Shown here: positions 45,892 through 55,225 of the stretch, one piece after another
Layout of the letters: each line of letters opens with the position of its first letter
How positions within the stretch are numbered: the stretch's first letter is position 1
Source: an uncultured Collinsella sp.
GTDB taxonomy: Bacteria > Actinomycetota > Coriobacteriia > Coriobacteriales > Coriobacteriaceae
Direction: 5' to 3'
Assembly: GCA_900541055.1 (NCBI GenBank)
Contig: UQHZ01000005.1
Span: 50,504-114,503, forward strand
DNA length: 64,000 nt
The notes under the pieces: generated by a model
What the model was told of the DNA's origin: nothing
The model's database searches: none
The model's input: only the letters and a program-made list of their open reading frames with translations
Position numbers and translations under genes: made by a program

Positions 45892-46263
45892 TTACTCCCT
45901 TTCACCTGCGATTTCGCAATTTACTCCCCCGTGTTTCAAGACGGCAAGGCACGGTGCGGCATTCGGAGGAACGGGAGTAAGGATTCATCCCAAGTGAGTA
46001 GACGCGCGATTTTTGTCTCCGAGAGCCAAACGGGGCCGTTTCGGGGCCTGTGAAACTCAAATCGAACTCAATAGGCTTTTCGGCGGTCTTCTCACAGCGT
46101 TTTCCCAGGTGGTTAATGGGGAGTAAAGAATCTCGCCGCCTCAATGAAAACGGGAGTAACCAGGGGAAATGCCGCGGCGTACTGCCGCGTGCCGCCGTGT
46201 AAGCCACCGCGTCATTTACTCCCCAGGTGCGCCGGAAATGCCTTGGCATGCAATGGGGAGTAA
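45892..46263. repeat. array of seven GGGAGTAA / TTACTCCC sites (candidate integrase or Xis arm-type sites)
   Basis: TTACTCCC at 45892, 45921 and 46216. GGGAGTAA at 45973, 46119, 46152 and 46256. Extended matches: AATGGGGAGTAAA twice and AACGGGAGTAA twice. Confidence 0.75.
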
Positions 46264-46351
46264 AAACTCAGCTTACGCAGGCCCGAGCGGCGCTCGCCGC
46301 CTGGTCCACCGTCCTGATTCGGTTGCGTTGATCGCGAAATGCGGAGAGCCG

Positions 46352-46765
46352 CTACAGCGAGGCTTTCCAGTCCTCGTATTCGTCGGCGTCGATCTTGCCG
46401 TTTTCGAGCTGCGCGCGCTTCTCTGCCCACAGCTCGATCGCCATCGCGGCTTTGGGCGCGTGCGGCGCCCTGGGGTTCAGGGAGAGGCCCGTGCCGTCGG
46501 CTGCGGGCACGATGCCGAAGGAGTCCTCGAGCCGCACGAGCAGCGACATGAGGTCGCCCGCAGTCTCGACGCCGTAATCCTTGAGGGCGTTGACGGACAC
46601 GCCGAGCGCCGCGGAGATGGACTCGAGCAGCTCGGGCTTCACGGCGCGGATGCCGCTCTCGTAGTGGCGCACGGCCCCCTCGGTCAGGCCGACCGCCTCG
46701 GCGAGCTGCGCCTGCGTCATGCCGCGCGACTTGCGGTACCGCCTTATGTTCTCGCCTACGGACAT
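46352..46765 (-). CDS. XRE-family transcriptional regulator (element repressor candidate)
   Basis: IRRYRKSRGMTQAQLAEAVGLTEGAVRHYESG HTH. Start set at the ATG at 46765 after GGAGGAGGG. Divergent from xis-int. Confidence 0.8.
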   Translation of the reverse strand: MSVGENIRRYRKSRGMTQAQLAEAVGLTEGAVRHYESGIRAVKPELLESISAALGVSVNALKDYGVETAGDLMSLLVRLEDSFGIVPAADGTGLSLNPRAPHAPKAAMAIELWAEKRAQLENGKIDADEYEDWKASL

Positions 46766-46830
46766 GAGCCCTCCTCCTGGAATTACGTACCAGCACATCT
46801 TATCAGCGTACGCAAATGTACGCAATTCTA

Positions 46831-46859
46831 TTGACAGTACAGATATGTACGTTTACTCT
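46831..46859 (+). promoter_or_regulatory. candidate promoter of the xis-int-mobC operon, embedded in GTACG repeats
   Basis: TTGACA (46831-46836), a 17-bp spacer, then TACTCT. Five GTACG cores lie between 46808 and 46886. Confidence 0.4.
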
Positions 46860-46905
46860 GAATCTGTGAACCGTACGTATCCGTACGCCATTGATTGGAG
46901 GAGCC

Positions 46906-47109
46906 ATGGACGAGAAGGTGGCGAAGACGCCGAGGCCGCACATGCTGGACGCCGACGAGGTCGCGGAGCTGCTGAGGATCAAGAAAGGCAGCGCCTACGA
47001 GGTGATCAGGAAGATAAACGCCGAGCAGGAGGCGCGCGGGCGCGTGGTCATCCGCGGGCGCGTTCGAAGCGACGTCTTCGACGCCCTGTACTTCCCGGAG
47101 GTGGACTGA
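46906..47109 (+). CDS. excisionase-type helix-turn-helix DNA-binding protein
   Basis: 68 aa. LDADEVAELLRIKKGSAYEVIRK is MerR/Xis-like. GGAGGAG RBS. The stop lies 1 nt before the integrase ATG. Confidence 0.6.
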   Translation: MDEKVAKTPRPHMLDADEVAELLRIKKGSAYEVIRKINAEQEARGRVVIRGRVRSDVFDALYFPEVD

Positions 47110-47110
47110 C

Positions 47111-48175
47111 ATGCCCGTGTACAAGGACGACGGCACCTTCTACGTGCAGTGCTACTACCGCGACGCCCGCGGCTCGAAGCGCCACAAGACGAAGCGCGGC
47201 TTCTCCTCCGAGGTGGAGGCCGCAGTGTGGGAGAGCCAGTTCAAGAGCCTTAACGGCGGGGCCATGGACATGACGTTCTCCGAGTTCGTCGAGGTGTACG
47301 CCTCCGAGGTGAAGCCGCGCATACGCGAGCACACGTGGATCACCAAGGAGTACATCATCAACGACAAGCTCGTGCCGTTCTTCGGGGACATGCGCATGTG
47401 CGACGTGAGGCCGATCGACGTCATCAGGTGGCAAAACGAGCTCACCGAGCACCGGGACGCCGACGGGAAGCCCTGGGCACCGACGTACCTGCGCACAGTG
47501 AACAACCAGCTCAACGCCATCTTCAACCACGCCGAGCGCTACTACGGCCTCAGCGACAACCCGGTGCGCAGGGTCGACAAGATAGGCTCGAAGAAGGGCG
47601 GCGAGATGCAGTTCTGGACCAAGGACGAGTACCTGAGGTTCAGCGAGGCCGTCATGGACAAGCCTCTCTCATTCCACGCCTTCGAGCTGCTTTACTGGAC
47701 GGGCATACGCTGCGGCGAGCTCCTGGCGCTCACGCCGTCCGACTTCATGCTGGAGAGCTCGCGGCTGCGCATCAACAAGTCGTACCAGAGCCTCAACGGC
47801 GTTGACACCGTGACCGACCCCAAGACGCCCAAGTCCGTGCGCACGATCGTCATGCCCGCCTTCCTGCGCGACGAGATGGCGGACTTCATCGAGATGCGCG
47901 ACGACGTCGCCCCCGACGAGCGCCTGTTCGCCGTGACCAAGCACTTCCTGGCCCACGAGATGGAGCGCGGGTGCAAGGCGTCGGGCGTGAAGCGCATCCG
48001 CATACACGACATACGCCACAGCCATGTGAGCCTGCTGATAGAGATGGGCTTCTCCGCGCTGGCCATCGCCGAGCGCATGGGCCACGAGGCGGTGGACATC
48101 ACCTACCGCTACGCGCACCTGTTCCCCACGAAGCAGGACGAGATGGCCGCCGCGCTCGACGGGGCGAGGGGGTAA
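47111..48175 (+). CDS. tyrosine-type site-specific recombinase / integrase
   Basis: N-terminal arm-binding-like domain (YYRDARGSKRHKTKRGF), core-binding domain, and catalytic residues in TGIRCGELLAL, HDIRHSHVS and GHEAVDITYRYAHL. Confidence 0.9.
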   Translation: MPVYKDDGTFYVQCYYRDARGSKRHKTKRGFSSEVEAAVWESQFKSLNGGAMDMTFSEFVEVYASEVKPRIREHTWITKEYIINDKLVPFFGDMRMCDVRPIDVIRWQNELTEHRDADGKPWAPTYLRTVNNQLNAIFNHAERYYGLSDNPVRRVDKIGSKKGGEMQFWTKDEYLRFSEAVMDKPLSFHAFELLYWTGIRCGELLALTPSDFMLESSRLRINKSYQSLNGVDTVTDPKTPKSVRTIVMPAFLRDEMADFIEMRDDVAPDERLFAVTKHFLAHEMERGCKASGVKRIRIHDIRHSHVSLLIEMGFSALAIAERMGHEAVDITYRYAHLFPTKQDEMAAALDGARG

Positions 48176-48180
48176 GAAGG

Positions 48181-48606
48181 ATGCCGTGCGAGAACAGCGC
48201 CCGCAAGCGCAGCAAGACGATGGCGTTCCGCTGCACGCCCGAGGAGCGCAAGCTCATATGCGAGATGGCAGCCTGGAGCGGCATGAACAGGCAGGACTAC
48301 ATCATCGCCAAGCTCACCGATACCCAGGTCGAGGTGAGGCCCTCCGTGAGCGTGCAGAAGGCACTGAGGGACTCGATGGCGGAATTGGCCAAGGAGGTGC
48401 GGCTGGCGGCCTCCTACGGCGAGCTGAGCGAGTCCCTGCAACAGAGAATTGAGCACGTGATGAGGTTCTTCCTAGCGCTCGGCGAGCCTGTTGACGCGCC
48501 GACGGAAGAGACATCGCCACGAACTACGTTTTTGGAAGAGCCGGTTCCATCCGTCATCGATGCGGGTTCCGACACCGCAAGCATCTTCGAGATGGGACGC
48601 AGGTAG
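48181..48606 (+). CDS. mobC: MobC-like mobilisation (relaxosome accessory) protein
   Basis: RSKTMAFRCTPEERKLICEMAAWSGMNRQDYIIAKL resembles the RHH-type MobC N-terminus. No relaxase gene follows. Confidence 0.55.
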   Translation: MPCENSARKRSKTMAFRCTPEERKLICEMAAWSGMNRQDYIIAKLTDTQVEVRPSVSVQKALRDSMAELAKEVRLAASYGELSESLQQRIEHVMRFFLALGEPVDAPTEETSPRTTFLEEPVPSVIDAGSDTASIFEMGRR

Positions 48607-48609
48607 GGC

Positions 48610-50313
48610 CTAGCGCCAGACCTCCAACGCCTTGTCCGCAAGCCATTCGGCGCGATCGGCGATATCGCCCTCGTTCCAAGACTCCTTCTCTAGGGCGCCG
48701 GCCATGGTCGCAAGGCCGGCGGCGCAGAGGGCAAGGCCGTCCTTGTATCCCTTTCCCTGCTTCTTGGTGGGCCAATCGGCATCGCGGATGGAGGCGTTGA
48801 GCGAATGCGTGATGATGGCGAGGTTGCCGAGCGTGAGGAGCTTCCGGTCCCTTCGCGTGGCAGCCTCATCGTCGAGGGCTCCCCATTTGTTGCGCCACTT
48901 CTTGGGCATCATGTGCTCGAGGGTGTACTGGTTGAATCCGAGCAGGGCTGTGCTGCTCATGCCTGGGCGAATGGCGCTTTCCAGCAGATAGAGGACGCCC
49001 TTGGACTGGAGGTTGTACAGACACGATTCCTCGAATGCCGCTCGAACCTCGGCGTCGCCGGGCATGTATGTCGTCGCCTCGTCATTGGCTTCGAGAGCCT
49101 TCCTCAGCGCCTCCGCGTCCTTCACCTCGTTCAGGATCAGCGAGGTGAACAGCCTGTTGTAGTTCTTCGTGGTCGCCTGAACCAGCGTTCGGCGGATGAT
49201 GTAGGTCTCAAGCAGGGCGAAGACCTCGGATTCCTCGCCCGAAGACTCCGCGTTCTTGCGAACGTAGAGCACGTACGGGATGAGCGTCGAGTTCTTGAGG
49301 CCGAATATGAGCACGTTCAGGCGCTCGATGCCGGGGGCGGAGGGGATGTCCGCGTCGCAGTAGCCAGGGTCGAACGTGGACTCGAACGCCTCGGCATACG
49401 CCTTCATGTTGTCGAGAATCTCGACCTTGTCGCCGTTGCAGTACCTGCCGATGAAATCCTTGTAGGACTGGAAGAGGTTGGACGTGCGCGAATAGAAGAG
49501 CTTGTCCTCGGTCGTGACGCCACGCCTCTTGTCCTGGACCAGAATCTGGAGGAACGCGTCGAAGAAGAGGTCGACGAGCGTGCGCTTGATGCGCCCGGTA
49601 ACGATCTCCTGCTCCCAATACTCCCTCTTCTCAGCCGTGGGCTCGAAGACGTCTTCCCAGCACTCCTTGAACGCCTGCTCGTTCTCGCGGTTGAAGAAGT
49701 AGTTCTTGAGGAGCTCCGCCGTCGTCAGGCGCACCCCGAGCGAGTTGATGGTGTCGAATATCTGCTGCTCGTCCTCGCCCTCGGTAAGGTCGATGCAGAC
49801 GAACTGGACGTTCGACTTGATCGTGTTCCTGTCGACCCTCTCTGGGTCGATATTCTTGAGGAAGTAGTTGTAGGCGCGGATGATGGCCGAGGTGCCCTCG
49901 ATGGGCTCGCAGTCCGTGGCGCTGACGACCCTCTCGAAATCCTGCCGGTCGTACTTGCCGTGTCTTAGGGCGATTTGGCCGGTCTCCAGGACGAAATCTC
50001 GCTCAAACAAATTGTTGGTGCCGTTTTTTGCACAGAGTGCCTTGAAGAAGATGACCATGGTCGTGAGTCGCTGCTGGCCGTCGATGACGGTGCGAACCTC
50101 GGAGACCTCGGACCAGGTGTTGCCGGAGGAGGCCTGCTTCAGGATGATGGAGCCCAGGAAATAGGGCCGCTTCGAGGCCGTGACGAACTCCATGTCGCCG
50201 AGGAAACGCTCCCATTGCTCTTCTCCCCAGACGTACGCCCTTTGGTAAAAAGGTATTTCGAGCAGGCGCGATCCGTTGAACACGCCGCTTATCGTTGCTT
50301 TTCCTGCATCCAT
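48610..50313 (-). CDS. GmrSD-family type IV restriction endonuclease (DUF262 N-terminal, DUF1524 C-terminal)
   Basis: IPFYQRAYVW and DGQQRLTT (DUF262 ParB-like NTPase motifs). The C-terminal LEHMMPKKW...LGNLAIITHSLNASI is a His-Me/HNH-like DUF1524. Confidence 0.85.
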   Translation of the reverse strand: MDAGKATISGVFNGSRLLEIPFYQRAYVWGEEQWERFLGDMEFVTASKRPYFLGSIILKQASSGNTWSEVSEVRTVIDGQQRLTTMVIFFKALCAKNGTNNLFERDFVLETGQIALRHGKYDRQDFERVVSATDCEPIEGTSAIIRAYNYFLKNIDPERVDRNTIKSNVQFVCIDLTEGEDEQQIFDTINSLGVRLTTAELLKNYFFNRENEQAFKECWEDVFEPTAEKREYWEQEIVTGRIKRTLVDLFFDAFLQILVQDKRRGVTTEDKLFYSRTSNLFQSYKDFIGRYCNGDKVEILDNMKAYAEAFESTFDPGYCDADIPSAPGIERLNVLIFGLKNSTLIPYVLYVRKNAESSGEESEVFALLETYIIRRTLVQATTKNYNRLFTSLILNEVKDAEALRKALEANDEATTYMPGDAEVRAAFEESCLYNLQSKGVLYLLESAIRPGMSSTALLGFNQYTLEHMMPKKWRNKWGALDDEAATRRDRKLLTLGNLAIITHSLNASIRDADWPTKKQGKGYKDGLALCAAGLATMAGALEKESWNEGDIADRAEWLADKALEVWR

Positions 50314-50364
50314 CCTTAAAGCCCTATCTATCCTTTGCGGTTATTGCTGGCGGGGTCAATTTTA

Positions 50365-51492
50365 TCAATACGCTGCTTGACCCTTTAATGTTCCCGGTCC
50401 TTGCCGTCTTCTCCCCAGAAGGTGCTCGAAGATGATGCGCAGGTCCTCGTCATCGAGGTAGCCGCCCTCAAGGCAGCCGCGGTCGATGGCGTCGAGCATC
50501 GTCTGCTCCTTCTCCTTCGAGCGGTCGTAGATCACGGCGTCGAGGGATAGCTCCCTGCCGTCGCGCGTGAACATCTCGTGCATGAATTCGGCACTGTTCG
50601 CTTGACTCCAATCGCGTACCGCGTGCTCGAGCGGGCCGCTTCCCCTCGATATGGCGACATCCCAATGCTCGCAGTTAAGCAGAAGAAGTCGGTTCATGAA
50701 CTCGACGCCCGAAAAACCGAGTCTCGCAAACGGCGGAAATAGAGGGTCATCCGAAAAGACCGCAGCATACTCACTGCTCAACGGCATATACGCGAGATGA
50801 AAATCGTACGAGTCGTCCTCGGGCCCGATGATGAACATAGGCATCGACGTCGTAACGAACCCTGAGCCGACGGGTGCCCTAAGGATGGAGAAGCTCTTCT
50901 CAAAAAAAGCCTTTCGAATACGGTTAACTGGCACAATATCATCGTTGGAGAAGAGCATGGTTGCGGCGGCGGCAAGCTCGACCACCGCTTGGGAATCCCC
51001 GCGCCAATCCGACCAATCGAGCAAGCCGAGCTCATAGGGTGTCAGATGAACGTTTCTGAGCAGCTCTTCGGCAGTCTCGCGTGACCATTTCTTGTCGACG
51101 CGCATACTGATAGGGTGCCGGACGATGATATTTGCTGCCAGCTCGCAAACGGCGGCTTTCCCATCAGAATACCCTTCGTCTTCGCACTGGTCTTCTTTCT
51201 GGCGTTCCAAAAAGCGATTGTAAAACGGCGCAATACGGCTCTCGAACTCAGATAGCTTAACCTCGATGAGATTCTGCGCATAGAATCTGTCTGTCGCATC
51301 GCCTGTTGCATCGGCATGCTTGACTTCATAAAGATCGCGCATGCTGCAAAGGTTCTCGCAATTCGTGCGGAAGAAGGAGCCCTTCTGTCTGCTGTAGGCA
51401 TGGAGCTGCCCGGAGGAATCCGCGAAATGGCGCAGGTAGAACCGCGGCACCCAGTGCTGCTTTCGCGTCATCTTTCCGGGCAGCTTCGACAT
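50365..51492 (-). CDS. DUF4238 domain-containing protein
   Basis: The N-terminal KQHWVPRFYLRHF is the hallmark of DUF4238, from memory. The start codon lies 1 nt after the Res stop. Confidence 0.7.
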   Translation of the reverse strand: MSKLPGKMTRKQHWVPRFYLRHFADSSGQLHAYSRQKGSFFRTNCENLCSMRDLYEVKHADATGDATDRFYAQNLIEVKLSEFESRIAPFYNRFLERQKEDQCEDEGYSDGKAAVCELAANIIVRHPISMRVDKKWSRETAEELLRNVHLTPYELGLLDWSDWRGDSQAVVELAAAATMLFSNDDIVPVNRIRKAFFEKSFSILRAPVGSGFVTTSMPMFIIGPEDDSYDFHLAYMPLSSEYAAVFSDDPLFPPFARLGFSGVEFMNRLLLLNCEHWDVAISRGSGPLEHAVRDWSQANSAEFMHEMFTRDGRELSLDAVIYDRSKEKEQTMLDAIDRGCLEGGYLDDEDLRIIFEHLLGRRRQGPGTLKGQAAY

Positions 51493-51493
51493 C

Positions 51494-54400
51494 CTAAGCC
51501 TTCACCGCCTCGTATTGGTAGGTCGTGCGCACGTTGTAGTGGAAGTCGTTTCCGAGGTCCAGCGCCTCGAAGTGCTTCTTGGCGCAGCCGATCTTGATCT
51601 TCTCCGCGTCGCGCAGGGCGGGCTCGCCGTTCTTGCCGCCCTTGGTCTCGGTCACGAAGTACACGCGGCGCTCGCCGTCGGCCTCCTCGACGTACGCCCA
51701 GTCGGGGTTGTAACTGCCGAGCGGCGTGTCGATCTTGAACGCCGAGGGCAGTTTCGCGAACACGAGAACCTCCTCCTGCTTGTCGAGAGCCTCGGCAAAG
51801 GAGCGCTCGACCCCCGCCGAGTCGTAGACCACGTAGTTGTACAGGCTCTTGCTCGTCATGTCCGGCTTCCACGCGTTCTGCCCAAGGTAGGCTGTGTAGT
51901 CGTCGAGCTCGAGGTCGCGCATGGTGTACCACTCGTCCTCGGGAAGGCGCACGTACTTGATGCCCTGGGCGATGAGGTCGTTCTTCACGCGGTTGATCTT
52001 GTCGCCGACCTGCGCGAGGAAGGTCGCGGGGTCGATCTCGAACTCGTCGAGGCGGCTGCAGCCCTCGAGGATCGCCTTGATGGTGCCGCGGGTGAGCCCG
52101 ACGGCGTCCTGCAGCTCTGCGATCGGGTCGGGAAGGTCGTATTTCACCTTTCCCGAAACGGACACCACGGAGGTGCCCGTGCCCTCGGCGCTCACGCCCG
52201 CGTCGTCGATGCCCAGCGAGGCGCGCTCGCTCGTCACCTGGGGCGGGCGCACGGCGAGCATGCCGTCGACAGCTTCGATGGCATGCTCGATGAGCTTGCC
52301 GGAGTCGACCTCGACCTGGAAGCGCGTGCGCTGGCGGATGCGGTCCCACAGGGCCTGGAACGCAGGGTCGAGCGTGACGTCCTTCTGCAGCTCGACCGAG
52401 ACCTCCTTGGCCTTGTCACGGATCTGGACCCTCTGGGACTTGTGGATGATGATCGCCTCGACCTGCTCCTTGGCAGGCTCGAGCTCGGCGGGGAGCTCGA
52501 CCTTGCCCTCCTCGGCGGCCGCCTTCAGCTCGGGCGTCACCGCGCCCTTGCCGTCGACCATGCCGGTCGCGACGAGGTGGTCGTAGACCTGCTTGGACTT
52601 CTCGTAGCCCAGGCGCTCCTCGACGCCATCATCGCCCTTGACCGTGACCTTCGTGAAGCTCTCCGGAGTGATGACGCCGAACTTGAAGTCCTCAGCCTCA
52701 AGCTCCTTCTGCAGGCCGTTGGCGAAGTCGTCGTAGCTCTCGTTCGCGATGACGGTGAGCACGTTCGCCTCTGGGTCGTACAGGCGCTCGCCATCCTGGT
52801 TCACGCACAGGCGCAGACCGCGGCCGATCTTCTGGCGCTTGGTCAGGTTGTCCTTTGTCTCGACGAGCGTGCAGATCTGGAACACGTTGGGGTTGTCCCA
52901 GCCCTCCTTGAGCGCGGAGTGGCTGAAGACGAAAGAGACGTCCTTGTCCGCGTCCTTGCCGTCCGGGAAGGAGATGAGCGTCTCCTTCTTCTGCATGATG
53001 AGCTCGAAGGCCCCGGCGTCGTCGGCGGTGCCGGCGGCTCCCTTGGAGTCCTTGAACTTGCCCTTCTTGTCCTTGGCGAAGTATCCCTGGTGCACGGCGT
53101 GGGGGTCGCGCACCAGCGGGGCGCCGACGGCTTCGTAGCACTCGAGCCACGTGCCCTTGCCGATCCCCGCCGCCTTTGCGATGCGACGAGGCGCCTTCGA
53201 GTTCAGGGCACCTGCGTACTCCTCCTCAAACATCAGGGCGTACAGGCCGCCGTGGACTTCGGGCTCGTAGACGCGGTATCGGTCGACGCGGTCGATGAAG
53301 AAGAGCGAGAGCACCTTCACGCCGCGCGGCCACAGCTCGAACTGGCGGGCCAGGTGGTCCTCGATGGTGCGGCGGATCTGCGCGCGCTTGACGACCTCCT
53401 CGTTGACGTCGCCCAGCGCCTCGCCGAGCTCGAGCACCTCGCCGTTCTGGAACTCTATGAACTCGTCGCCCACTGCGGCGCCGATGTTGTTGACCACCCA
53501 GCCGCTCTCGTAGTCGCTGTTCTCGCCGCTCTTCTGGTAGAGGTCGTTGCCGGTCTTCACCGTGACGGCCTTGCGCTTCTGCGTGCCGTCGGCCTGGCGC
53601 ACGTCGATGGACACCTTGGCGGAGAACGGGTCGGACTTGACGGACTCGAGCCTCACGTACGCGCCGTTGAGGTTCGCCTCGGCCTTGATCGAGTCCACGC
53701 AGATGCCCTTCACCAGGTGGCGCTCGAAGGCGTCGACCGGCGTGAGGCGGTAGATCATGTTGTAGGCCTGCTTGTGCGTGGCCGAGTAGCGCAGCACGAA
53801 CAGCGGGTTCAGGCTCTTGATGGCGGCCTTGGCCTGCTTGGTGTTGTCGACGCTCTGGGGCTCGTCGATGATGACGACGGGCTTGCAGGCGCTCACGAGC
53901 TCGCGAGGGCTGAAGCCGCCGACGAGCTTCTCGCTGGGACGGTGGAAGAGGTTGCCCTCCTTCGCGGTGCCATCCTTCTCGAGGCCCTTGTTGAACGCGT
54001 CGATGTTGATGACCATGACCTGGATGGAGCTCGACGTGGCGAAGTTACCCACCGGCCCCATGTCCTTCGAGTCGTACACGAAGTAGTCGAGCGGCGTGCG
54101 GTCGTAGAGCGTCTCGAAGTGCCTGCGGGTGGTCTGGAGGCTCTTGAGGACGCCCTCGCGGATGGCCACGCTCGGCACGACGATAACGAACTTGGTGATG
54201 CCGTAGCGGCGGTTTAGCTCGTAGATGGAGCGGATGTAGACGTAGGTCTTGCCGGTGCCGGTCTCCATCTCGACGGTGAAGTCTCGCAGGCGCCCATCGG
54301 TGAGGACGTCGGTTGCCGGGAGGCAGCCCTCCTCCTGCACGGCGTGCAGGTTGTCGAGGAGCTGGCCCGGCGCCACGCGAAGCTCGTTGCCGTGGCCGAC

Positions 54401-54556
54401 CATGAGCTCGCCGATTGCCGTCTGGCCTTTGCGGCCGGAATCGGCGGAGAATACGCTGCCAATAAATTGTTGTCCGCGGAACAGGTCGCAGGTTGCTTCG
54501 ATGGCCTCCAGCTGGTGCTGCTGGTCGGATGAGAACTTGAACTCGAGCGCCGCCAT
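51494..54556 (-). CDS. Type III restriction enzyme Res-like helicase-nuclease
   Basis: Helicase motif I METGTGKTY and motif II VVIIDEPQ. C-terminal PD-(D/E)xK-like YNPDWAYV...FVTETKG. 1020 aa. The start lies 1 nt after the stop of the methyltransferase remnant. Confidence 0.85.
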   Translation of the reverse strand: MAALEFKFSSDQQHQLEAIEATCDLFRGQQFIGSVFSADSGRKGQTAIGELMVGHGNELRVAPGQLLDNLHAVQEEGCLPATDVLTDGRLRDFTVEMETGTGKTYVYIRSIYELNRRYGITKFVIVVPSVAIREGVLKSLQTTRRHFETLYDRTPLDYFVYDSKDMGPVGNFATSSSIQVMVINIDAFNKGLEKDGTAKEGNLFHRPSEKLVGGFSPRELVSACKPVVIIDEPQSVDNTKQAKAAIKSLNPLFVLRYSATHKQAYNMIYRLTPVDAFERHLVKGICVDSIKAEANLNGAYVRLESVKSDPFSAKVSIDVRQADGTQKRKAVTVKTGNDLYQKSGENSDYESGWVVNNIGAAVGDEFIEFQNGEVLELGEALGDVNEEVVKRAQIRRTIEDHLARQFELWPRGVKVLSLFFIDRVDRYRVYEPEVHGGLYALMFEEEYAGALNSKAPRRIAKAAGIGKGTWLECYEAVGAPLVRDPHAVHQGYFAKDKKGKFKDSKGAAGTADDAGAFELIMQKKETLISFPDGKDADKDVSFVFSHSALKEGWDNPNVFQICTLVETKDNLTKRQKIGRGLRLCVNQDGERLYDPEANVLTVIANESYDDFANGLQKELEAEDFKFGVITPESFTKVTVKGDDGVEERLGYEKSKQVYDHLVATGMVDGKGAVTPELKAAAEEGKVELPAELEPAKEQVEAIIIHKSQRVQIRDKAKEVSVELQKDVTLDPAFQALWDRIRQRTRFQVEVDSGKLIEHAIEAVDGMLAVRPPQVTSERASLGIDDAGVSAEGTGTSVVSVSGKVKYDLPDPIAELQDAVGLTRGTIKAILEGCSRLDEFEIDPATFLAQVGDKINRVKNDLIAQGIKYVRLPEDEWYTMRDLELDDYTAYLGQNAWKPDMTSKSLYNYVVYDSAGVERSFAEALDKQEEVLVFAKLPSAFKIDTPLGSYNPDWAYVEEADGERRVYFVTETKGGKNGEPALRDAEKIKIGCAKKHFEALDLGNDFHYNVRTTYQYEAVKA

Positions 54557-54557
54557 G

Positions 54558-55225
54558 CTAGACCGTCCTCAATTCGATCTCACAGCCCATGCGCTCGCCG
54601 GCGTGCTTGAAGATCTGCACGGCGTTGAGCTTGAGGGTGTCGTCGAGGACGGAATCGAGGATGAGAACGCGCCTGGGCTCCATGTCGGCGATGGCCTCGA
54701 GCGCCTCAATGGTGAGGCCTCGGGACATGCAGCAGACGAGCTCGTCGCAAGCGACGGACCAGATGGGATAGCCCGCGGCTTCAGACTTCTCGACGGGCAG
54801 CGTGAGCTCGAGGCCCCATTTGAGCATCATCTCGAAGACGATATCCATATCGGAGCGATCGGGCTTGACCACGTCGAAGAGGAGCTGACCGGGCTCGGGC
54901 TTCTCAATGCCGGACTCATCGAGCTCGAACACACGGAAGCCGATGTCGGGAAGCTGCTTGGGTCCCTCGCCAAGCTTGAGTTGACGGTTGGATTCCTCGA
55001 GCTCGGTTTTGATTTTGTCGCCTGCGCGGCGAATGCGTCCTTCGCCTATGTCGCAGAGAGTCTCATACCCGTCCTTGTAGGCGTCGCGTTTCGGGTCACA
55101 AGGCTCTGGAAGCTGGACAAGGATAAACTGATAGCGATCATCTTTTCCGAGCTCCTGCAGGAACATGGCATGGGCGGTCGATGCTGAGCCTGAGAAAAAA
55201 TCAAGCACAATATCACCCGTGCTTA
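54558..55225 (-). pseudogene. C-terminal remnant of a beta-class (Type III Mod-like) DNA methyltransferase
   Basis: Only the AdoMet motif I region (GDIVLDFFSGSASTAHAM) and the C-terminal about 210 aa remain. No DPPY/NPPY catalytic motif is left. Upstream of about 55,225 the sequence switches to low-GC tet(W)-associated DNA. The 305-aa ORF in the track is a chimera. Confidence 0.7.
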
